A program made the translations under genes and the position numbers. A DNA stretch of 64,000 nucleotides. Origin: the human T2T-CHM13v2.0 reference genome, Homo sapiens. Of this stretch, positions 48,974 through 64,000 are shown one piece after another. A model generated the notes under the pieces. It ran no database searches and was not told where the DNA came from. It saw only the letters and a list, made by a program, of their open reading frames with translations. Where the stretch lies: the NCBI RefSeq assembly GCF_009914755.1, contig NC_060936.1, one strand, 5' to 3'. Each line of letters starts with the position of its first letter. Position 1 is the first letter of the stretch.

Positions 48974-49532
48974 AGTATTAAGGTTCTTCAGAGAGACATA
49001 ACCAATTGGATATATGAGAGGGGATTTATTAGGGAATTGGCCACATGATCACAGAGGCAGAATCCCATGATAGGCTCTTTGTAGGCTGGGGAACCAGAGA
49101 ATCTGGTAACATGGCTCAGTCCAACTCCAGAAGCTTCAGAGCCAGGGAAGCCAACAGTACAACCCCCTAGTCAGAGGCCAAAGGCCTGAAAACCCCTGAT
49201 AGGCCACTGGTGCAAGTCCCAAAGTCCAAAAGCTGAAGAACCTGGAGTCTGTTGTCCAAGAATAGGAGGAGAAAAAGCAGATTGCTCTGGAAGGGAGAGT
49301 TTGAGAATTCCCCCACTTCTTCCTGTTTGTCCAAATCCACCCCAGGCGGTTGGATGATACCCACCCACACTGAAGGCAGGTCTTCCTCTCTCAGTCCAAG
49401 GACTCACAGCCAATCTCCACTGCAACACCCTTACAGACACACGGACACAGGACACACACACGAACAATGTTTCACCAGCCATCAAGGCATCTCTCAATCC
49501 AGTCAAGTTGATGCCTAAAATTAACCATCACA
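48974..49532 (-). mobile_element. MLT2 (HERV-L) solo LTR
   Basis: Ends ...CAATCCAGTCAAGTTGATGCCTAAAATTAACCATCACA (reverse complement of the MLT2 start); imperfect 5-bp TSD GGGTC/GGGCC. Confidence 0.82.
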
Positions 49533-49554
49533 GGGCCTGAGGGTTAGGTGGTCA

Positions 49555-52966
<3,412 letters not shown>

Positions 52967-53834
52967 TCAGAGAAATGTAATTTTAAATAACTGAGAGTAC
53001 ACTTAATATACCTATTAGAATTGCAAATATTAGAGAGTTGTATAATATTACGTGTTGGAAAGGGTATGAGGTAATAAGAACTTTCAGTAATGATGTTGAG
53101 ACTGTAAACAGCTACAGACCTGGGTTTTCTTGCTTGGTTTTGTTTTTCAGGGTTTTTTTTAGAGTGTCTCACTGTTATCAAAGCTGGCTTCAAACTCCTG
53201 AGCTCAGGCAATCCTCCTACCTCAGCCTTCTAAGAAGCTGGGACTACAAGTGTGTGCCATGCCCGGTTTACAGCTACAGATTTTCTGAAAAATAATCTGG
53301 TGCTACTTAGTAAAATTGAGCATGCATATACCTTACCACAGAAATTCCACTCCGAGGAATATGTTCCAGAGAAATTCTTGAACTGGTTCACAGGGGACTA
53401 TGAAAGAGATAACTGTCTGGCATTGTGTGTAGAAGTCAGGAATGGGTAAGTAAAGTATAATGGATGCCTACCATGGAATCCTATGTAGCAGGTATAAGCA
53501 ATGAATTAGATTATATGTAGTAATAAGGATGAATCCTGAAAACAGAGTTAATCAAAAAAAGTAAAAGCAGGCTGGCACAGTGGCTGACATCTGTAATCTC
53601 AGCACTGTGGGAAGCTGAGGCAGGAGGATGGCTTGAGCCCAGGAGTTTGAGACCAGCCTAGGCAACATAGCAAGACCCCATCTCTATACAAAAAAGTGTA
53701 TATTAAAAATATATATTTTTTTGAGACAAAGTCTCACTCACTCTTTCTCCCAGCCTAGAGTGCAGTGGCATGATCTCTGCTCACTGCAACCCTCCCTTCT
53801 GGGTTCAAGTGATTCTCGTGCCTCAGGCTCCTGA

Positions 53835-53999
<165 letters not shown>

Positions 54000-54731
54000 T
54001 GACCTTAAAAATTTTTTTAAAGAGGAAGTTCAAACATTATTTCTTCTTGGAGGTCTTCCTTGTTGATGCATTCAATCATATATTCATCTATCTATTGACT
54101 CATTCAACAAGGATTGAGCACTTTTACGAAGGATAATGCAAGGTACTAAAGATATGATGGTAGGCCAAAAATAGAGGGTCACCTTCATCATCTCCTTGGA
54201 GGTCTATTGGAGGAAACTGGGTTTAGTAAACATATTATGTTCACATTGATTAATATATAATTACCAACTAACATACATGCTCTGAGGAAACAAACATTAC
54301 TTTTTGCGAGCACATAGCCAAGAGGTCTTTACTAGATTGGGGTGGGTGGTAGGTAGAGGGGTGCAAGGAAGGCCTGAGGAAATAACAATGGGAATCAATT
54401 TGGAGGCATAAATAGGCCAAGTGGAAGTGAAAAGGACATTCCAGAAACAGGGACCATATAGAGCAATCAGGACAAACTTGAGGAATTGAAAGAAGCCATG
54501 AAGTTGGAGATATTAATAGAAGGGGAAGAGTGGTAGAAGATGGAGGGTTTCAGTGGGGAGAGGTCAAGGGATAGTGGTAGCCTGACTTGATGTGCATTTT
54601 GGAAAGATTACTCTAGCTGCTATATGGAGAATGGAAGAGTGTGAAGAGAAAGAGAGAATAGGGGATGGGAGACCAACTAAGACACTCTTGCAATTGCCTA
54701 GGTGAGACTGAGGTGGATTAGGGTGGTGCTA

Positions 54732-55799
<1,068 letters not shown>

Positions 55800-56999
55800 G
55801 AAAGTAGATGAATTTTAAAGATGCATACAATTAGTAAAGATACCTTACGTATCTTTAAATTTTTTTTTATAGAAACAGGATCTTGCTACACTGTCTAGGC
55901 TGGTCTGGAACTCCTGGCCTCAAGCGATCCACCTGGGCCATCCAAAGTGCTGGGAAAGACGCCTGTAACCCCAGGCTAGACAACGTAGCCAGATCTTGTC
56001 TCTACAAAAAAACACAAAAATTAGCTGGTGGCAGGCACCTGTAGTCCCAGCTACTTGAGAGGCTGAGGTTCCCACCTCAGGAGGCCGAGGCTGCGGTGAG
56101 CTGAGATCGCACCACTGCACTCCAGCCTGGGCGACAGAGTGAGACCCTGTCCCAAAAATGCATAAATAGTAAAACTAGTGAGAGTGAATGAGAGATGGGA
56201 TATGTAAAGGGAGTGGGAGGAGTTAAGGAGTAACTCCTCGGTTTCTGGCTTGTGTAAGAATAACTTCTGTGATTGGTGGGGAAAATCCACCAGAGTTCTG
56301 TTAAGTGTTGTTCATTTCCTGTCCCCCGTTAGGGGTTACCCCTTCCATCTTAAGCAGGATATTCTAGGATCTCTCAGTCTCACAGCCTTGCCCACCAATA
56401 ACCAGCAGGTGAGCCCCCTCTCCCCAGACCTCTAGATCTGCAAAAGGCAACCTGGAGGCAAGGAAATCCCCAGCTGTGAGTAGCCATTCAATTCTGGTGC
56501 TGTGGTAACTGAGTTCAAAAACAATGAGTCTTGTTACCTACCCGTAAAATGAAAGACACCTCATCAGACACCTCACTGGATTGTGAGGCTCCAAGGAGCA
56601 CACATATTGTTAGGCTCAGTTCGATTCCCTCCAGCCCTCTCCGCCCGTTTGAAGGCAGTTCCTTATCCCGGAGACAACGTACAGATGTTCTCTCTTTCCC
56701 TCTTTATTTTTTTTAAGACAGGGTCTCTGTTGCCCAGGCTGGAGTGCAGTGGCGCGACCACAGCTCACTACAGCCTCAACCTCCTGGGCTCAACACGATC
56801 CTCCTGCCTCAGCCTCCAGAGCGGCTGGGACTACAAGCGCGCACCACTGCACAGGGATTATTATTATTATTTTATTATTTTGTAGAGAAACGGGTGGGAG
56901 TGGTCTCGCTATGTTGCCCAGGCTGGTCTCAAACTCAGCTCAAGAGATCCTCCCGCCTCGGCGTCCCAAAGTGTTGGGATTACAGGCGCCTGCCACCGC

Positions 57000-57720
57000 G
57001 CCCGGACGCAGATATTTTCTATGGGCATCTGGAATGGCGTCCCCAAAGCTTGGCGCCGTGCTATGGTCAAGCCGGGTCGGGGGCTCGGGCCAGCCTTCAA
57101 CACCGTTGGCAGCAATCGGAACGATCAACTGTACCCTCAGTACCGCGACCTCGCCCGGTCCTGCCAATGGCCGGCCCCTAGCCGGTCCTGAGGCCTCGCG
57201 AGAGCTCCCGTGGCTACGCCTTCCCCGGCCTCGGAACGGCCCCATCCTTCCTCTTTCCCCGCCTCCCAGCGGCGCTCCACTCTCGGATTGGCTGATTGAT
57301 CCGAGTCAGTTTTTTTCCTCGCCAGAAAGCGGTTCGACAATTGGTCCTTCTTTTGGCCCCTCCTGCGATGCCCGCGGATTGGACGGCTGAGTCTGGCTAC
57401 GCGGGCCTCCGCGGGAGCGCGACCGGGCCAATCAAGAGCTTGGCGTATTTTACAAACTGAGAAAGTAGCTCCAGCAGCACCCGAGAGGGTCAGGAGAAAA
57501 GCGGAGGAAGCTGGGTAGGCCCTGAGGGGCCTCGGTAAGGTAAGGCACGGGGGTCTTGAAGGGAACGAAGGCTGCTGGGTTCATAGGGAGGAGGGCAGTT
57601 TGGGGCCCGAGGGCGAAAGAGTAGGCTCGGGGTGTCTGGAGATAGCACCCATAAGAGCGGTCTTGCAGGCGCCGGGGGCTTGTGGGCGCGTGGATTAGGG
57701 CGGAGGTATCAGGGATGGCA
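57000..57720 (+). promoter_or_regulatory. TROAP: TROAP CpG-island, TATA-less promoter with five CCAAT/ATTGG boxes (57164, 57287, 57340, 57378, 57428), a GC box (57257-57267) and MYB-like sites (57103, 57126)
   Basis: Motifs read directly; layout typical of NF-Y-driven G2/M genes. Confidence 0.8.
57450..57539 (+). other. TROAP: TROAP non-coding exon 1 (start approximate)
   Basis: Follows the last CCAAT box; GTAAGG donors at 57535 and 57540. Confidence 0.65.
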
Positions 57721-57798
57721 GGACAGGTGCCCCGAGAACTGGTTGATCTTTGATCTTAGATTCTGCCTGCCTTCTTCCCCGTCTCAATTGTAGCCATC

Positions 57799-57942
57799 AT
57801 GACCACCCGGCAAGCCACGAAGGATCCCCTCCTCCGGGGTGTATCTCCTACCCCTAGCAAGATTCCGGTACGCTCTCAGAAACGCACGCCTTTCCCCACT
57901 GTTACATCGTGCGCCGTGGACCAGGAGAACCAAGATCCAAGG
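57799..57942 (+). CDS. TROAP: Tastin exon 2 coding part (MTTRQATKDPLLRGVSPTPSKIPVRSQKR...QENQDPR)
   Basis: tgtag|CCATCATG; AGG|gtaag; 144 nt; recognised tastin N-terminus. Confidence 0.93.
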
Positions 57943-58034
57943 GTAAGAGGGGCCTAATGGGGGAAGACAGTAGTCACACCAGTAATGCACCCCAACACTA
58001 AACCTCACCTTTTTGTCCCCGCTCCCTCCCCTAG

Positions 58035-58227
58035 AGATGGGTGCAGAAACCACCGCTCAATATTCAACGCCCCCTCGTTGATTCAGCAGGCCCCAGGCCG
58101 AAAGCCAGGCACCAGGCAGAGACATCACAAAGATTGGTGGGGATCAGTCAGCCTCGGAACCCCTTGGAAGAGCTCAGGCCTAGCCCTAGGGGTCAAAATG
58201 TGGGGCCTGGGCCCCCTGCCCAGACAG
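58035..58227 (+). CDS. TROAP: Tastin exon 3
   Basis: cctag|AGA, ACAG|gtac; 193 nt. Confidence 0.92.
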
Positions 58228-58852
58228 GTACCTGTTGGAGCCATGGTAACACGGCCTCCATGGCTGAGTAGGGGACTAGGAAGGGTAAAAGTGGGGTTTT
58301 GGGGTTTTGCACTCACTCCTGCTGTCTCCTACTTACTGTGATAGTCCTGGTCCCAGCTCCTGGAAAGCTCTTTGCTCTTAGAAGATCTCCCTTTCCTCCA
58401 GCAAAATGTCATCTCGCCAGGTGCCATGGCTTGTACCTGTAATCACAGCTACTCAGGAGGCTGAAGCAGGAGGATCACTGGAGGCCAGGAGTTGGAGACC
58501 AGCCTGGATGACAGAGGGAGATCCCATCTCTTTAAAAAATAAATAAATAAATAAATAATAAATATCACTTCTTCTGAAGCCTTTTCCAGTTCCCCATGTC
58601 ACAATCAGTTGCTCTGTGTTCTCCTAATACTTTGCAGCACTTCTTTTATAACATGTATATACCTTGGCTTGAGTCTGTTACCTGTCTATAGTTTGATGAT
58701 AGCCTCTTGAGGATAGGGGCTTTGTCTTATTCTTATGGGACCCCAGTGCTTAGAATAGTGTCTTATGTAACATTCTATGAACATTTGGTGACCAGGTGTG
58801 GTGGCTCACGCCTGTAATTCCAACACTCCTCCGAGGCAGGAGGATCATTTGA

Positions 58853-59424
<572 letters not shown>

Positions 59425-59690
59425 TAGTGGAGACAGGGTTTTGCTATGTTGGCCGGGTTGGTCTCAAACTCCTGACCACAGGTGATCCACCCGCCTCGGC
59501 CTCCCAAAGTGCTGGGATTACAGGCATGAGCCACTGCACCCAGCCATCTATTTCTTAAAAAAAAAAAAAAAAATAAGCCAAATTCAATTGAATGAGTCTC
59601 TTGCTCACCTTGTACCTCAAAGTTCCTATGCTAGGGGCCCTATCCCCCTCAGCCTTCCCCCTTCCTTTTCCTTCTCCTCTTTCCTTGCAG

Positions 59691-59848
59691 AGGCTCCAGG
59701 GACCATAGAGTTTGTGGCTGACCCTGCAGCCCTGGCCACCATCCTGTCAGGTGAGGGTGTGAAGAGCTGTCACCTGGGGCGCCAGCCTAGTCTGGCTAAA
59801 AGAGTACTGGTTCGAGGAAGTCAGGGAGGCACCACCCAGAGGGTCCAG
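59691..59848 (+). CDS. TROAP: Tastin exon 4 (EAPGTIEFVADPAALATILSGEGVK...)
   Basis: Long polypyrimidine tract, tgcag|AG, CAG|gtaat; 158 nt. Confidence 0.93.
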
Positions 59849-59936
59849 GTAATGAAACAGGATGTGAGGAGACCAGGCTAGGGGGCACTGAGGGGGGCAT
59901 CCTGAGCAGTGCTGACAGCCTCTGTTGGTGTCCCAG

Positions 59937-60074
59937 GGTGTTCGGGCCTCTGCATATTTGGCCCCCAGAACCCCCACCCACCGACTGGACCCTGCCAGGG
60001 CTTCCTGCTTCTCTAGGCTGGAGGGACCAGGACCTCGAGGCCGGACATTGTGCCCCCAGAGGCTACAGGCTCTG
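59937..60074 (+). CDS. TROAP: Tastin exon 5
   Basis: cccag|GGT, CTG|gtgag; 138 nt. Confidence 0.92.
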
Positions 60075-60265
60075 GTGAGTGCCCTTGAGGGGCTGATAGT
60101 CGGTGCTTCTGGGAGCTCCTTCCAGGGACAAAGCTGGGCTCTGGGAGAAGAGGTACCTCATGATGAGGCAAGGGATCCTACTGGGGGAGATGGGGTTGGT
60201 GGTGAGGCCTGAGGGTTTGGGGTCCACCTCTGATTCCGTTTTCATCTCTTGCTCCTGTGGATCAG

Positions 60266-60348
60266 ATTTCACCTTCAGGACCTTCCTTTCACCCTTCCAC
60301 TCGCCCCAGTTTCCAGGAGCTAAGAAGGGAGACAGCTGGCAGCAGCCG
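60266..60348 (+). CDS. TROAP: Tastin exon 6
   Basis: atcag|ATT, CG|gtgag; 83 nt; frame-consistent. Confidence 0.88.
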
Positions 60349-60619
60349 GTGAGAAAGGAGAGGGTGTGGGAGAAGGTCATCTGGAAAAGAATGAACCAGT
60401 GTCTGATACAGGAGTCCCCCAGAGTTGGGGCCTTCCAGGAGCTTTAGGACTCCCCACCAACTCAGGAGGGGAAGCAAGAAACCTGTGATTACCCGGGATG
60501 AGCCCTTGGGATAGGGTTCAGGCTTTCACAGCCAGGCCTCAGTGTGACATCAGTTTACTCAAGTCATGGGGGGACAGGGAGGACAGAAATGTGCTATCTC
60601 TTTTGTTTAGTGGCTAGAG

Positions 60620-60840
60620 TATAGACTGTGGCAATAAGTGGGATTTGGGTTTATATCCTAACTCTTAACACTTACTATTTGTGCAAGCTTGCCTTCACCT
60701 CTCTGAGCTTTGGTTTCTTTGTCAAGTGAGAATAACATTTGTACCATCATTAGTTGTCATGAGAATGAAATGAGATGATGTTTGTAAAGCACTTAGCACA
60801 TGTCCAGCTCATACTTGGTATTCAGTGACTGCTGGCTAAT
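60620..60840 (+). mobile_element. MIR in TROAP intron 6
   Basis: CACCTCTCTGAGCTTTGGTTTCTTTGTC...GAGAATGAAATGAGATGATGTTTGTAAAGCACTTAGCACA. Confidence 0.7.
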
Positions 60841-60857
60841 GTCCTTATTGTCATCAG

Positions 60858-60910
60858 GACTTCAGTGAGCCAGGCCTCAGGATTGCTCCTGGAGACCCCA
60901 GTCCAGCCTG
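60858..60910 (+). CDS. TROAP: Tastin exon 7
   Basis: atcag|G, CCTG|gtaagt; 53 nt; frame-consistent. Confidence 0.88.
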
Positions 60911-61398
60911 GTAAGTGTTTCTGGCGTGGGGAGAGAACAGGGGCAGTTGGGCTGCCTGAAGCAGGGAACAAGACCAGAGAAAACTCAGCAGGCTGGGAGG
61001 GAGCATGAGGAAGTGGGAGGCCGGGAGGCTAGGTCAGAAGGAGAAGGAGAAGAGACCTTCTAGATAGGCCAGCGATTGGCACAGTTGCACTTTTGTCTAA
61101 GGAGATGGTCTCCATTTCGGCCCTCTCTCTGCCACTTCCTGCAAGATTTATCTTCCACTCACTGTTTATCCCCAGCCCCTAAGTGCCATCACCACATCCC
61201 CAGCCTACTCAGACGTTCAGATTAATAAGTGTTTACTGAGATAGTGTTGGGTGTTGAGGGGCTGCTGGATGGGTTCCTGTCCCTAATAGTGCAATGGGGC
61301 CTATTAAACTAATATACCCTCTTCAGAAGTTGCAGAACACTGTGCCAAACTTTGGTGGGTGTTCTAGAGTCTACAACAAATGTCCTGTTTCTTCCTAG

Positions 61399-61520
61399 CT
61401 TTCTCTCTTCCTAAAGGAGAACGCGAGGTTGTCACTCACTCAGATGAAGGAGGTGTGGCCTCTCTTGGTCTGGCCCAGCGAGTACCATTAAGAGAAAACC
61501 GAGAAATGTCACATACCAGG
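61399..61520 (+). CDS. TROAP: Tastin exon 8
   Basis: cctag|CT, AGG|gtgag; 122 nt. Confidence 0.9.
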
Positions 61521-61799
61521 GTGAGATGCGACTCTCCTGGGATGGTGGGTGGGAGGTGCAGGAGTTGCTTGGAAGAATTTTGCTGCAGCAGCCAACACTG
61601 AGAATTGTAGGTAGAGCCAGGAAGTCCTGGGCCTCAGGATGTTACTGGGTAGGTTTACCCCAGATGCACCCAGTCCCTCTCCAATGTGAGACTGACCTCT
61701 CTTTATCAGATGTCTGGGGCCTAGGGTGAGAGGTCATATTTGTATCACCATCAGATCAGTGCTAAGGGTGAGACAGATCTGACACTTGTCAGCCAAAAG

Positions 61800-63245
<1,446 letters not shown>

Positions 63246-63350
63246 GTTTGTGTCAACAACTGGGGGCTGGGCAGGGGCAGAACAGTCTGGCCGGAGATCC
63301 TTGCTATGTCTGGGTTTTGTCCCTGCTCAGCCACCCACATCTCTCCCCAG

Positions 63351-63434
63351 ACCTCATATTCAGTGTTGCGGCGTCTCACCGTTCAACCTAAAACCCGGTT
63401 CACACCCATGCCATCAACCCCCAGAGTTCAGCAG
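63351..63434 (+). CDS. TROAP: Tastin exon 10
   Basis: cccag|ACC, CAG|gtaag; 84 nt. Confidence 0.9.
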
Positions 63435-63584
63435 GTAAGAGAGGGCATGGAGAGGTGGCTGGCATAAGTCACAGCTAGGGGAGAAAGGAGATGGATGGGT
63501 ACAGGAGAGAGAAGACAGAAGCAAGGGGAGGCTGAGTGCCATCTGTGGGTGTCAGCCCTTGCTGACATCTCACTTCTGTGCCAG

Positions 63585-63644
63585 GCCCAGTGGCTGCGTG
63601 GTGTCTCCCCTCAGTCCTGCTCTGAAGATCCTGCCCTGCCCTGG
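63585..63644 (+). CDS. TROAP: Tastin exon 11 (gene continues beyond the window)
   Basis: gccag|GCC, TGG|gtaagt; 60 nt. Confidence 0.9.
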
Positions 63645-64000
63645 GTAAGTATCAGAAGCTTCCCCCTACTGAGATCCCTTGCCCTGTGCTGCCAGCCTGG
63701 AGGCCCAGGAGTTTGAGGCACACGTGCTTTCTGGGCCAGGCATGGTGGCTCACACCTGTAATCCCAGCACTTTGGGAGGCTGAGGTAGGAGGATTGCTTG
63801 AGCTCAGATCTTTGAGACCAGCCTGGGCAACATAGTGAGACCCTGTCTCCACTAAAATTTTAAAAATTAGAAAGTGCTCTCTGGAAAAGCTGCCTAACTC
63901 TCACTGCTTCTCTGCTGCCCCTCCTAATGTACATCTAGGGCCTCTCAGTTAGGGGCTTCAATCCATTCCTCATGAGGGTGGGACTCAGGCTGGTCTTTCT

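Noticed and set aside
56744-57390. 213-aa ORF across the TROAP promoter
   Set aside because: Begins in an antisense Alu and continues through CpG-island sequence; no coding signature

Overview
Human genomic DNA, recognisable as the chr12q13 TUBA1C-PRPH-TROAP interval. All three genes are on the + strand. TUBA1C: exons 2-4 (exon 1, which holds only the ATG, lies upstream of the window); the spliced CDS is 449 aa and ends ...[18 protein letters not shown] (peripherin): complete, 9 exons, 1413 nt, 470 aa, with TATA box, CpG island and AATAAA. TROAP (tastin): CCAAT-rich CpG promoter and exons 1-11, with the gene running off the right edge. The rest is very Alu-dense repeat DNA. It includes an AluYa5, a 5'-truncated SVA, a 5'-truncated L1PA nested in an older rearranged L1, MLT1/MLT2/ERVL LTRs, a MaLR internal fragment, and MIR, L2 and MER5 remnants. 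Nearly all other ORFs in the track are Alu or L1 shadows. I found no wholly new multi-gene system. The best leads are: (i) a cryptic PRPH exon-9 acceptor, homologous to the mouse Per56 site, that in human would open a 95-aa tail across the 3'UTR; (ii) a short hairpin plus A-tail unit at 18.7 kb that looks like a retroposed small RNA; (iii) an inverted-Alu long 3'UTR option for TUBA1C; (iv) an Alu-terminated short TROAP isoform and an in-frame retainable TROAP intron; (v) convergent CTCF-like motifs around the PRPH promoter; (vi) a (GAA)14 Alu tail just 3' of PRPH. Exon coordinates were counted to the base; most repeat boundaries and subfamily calls are by-eye estimates.
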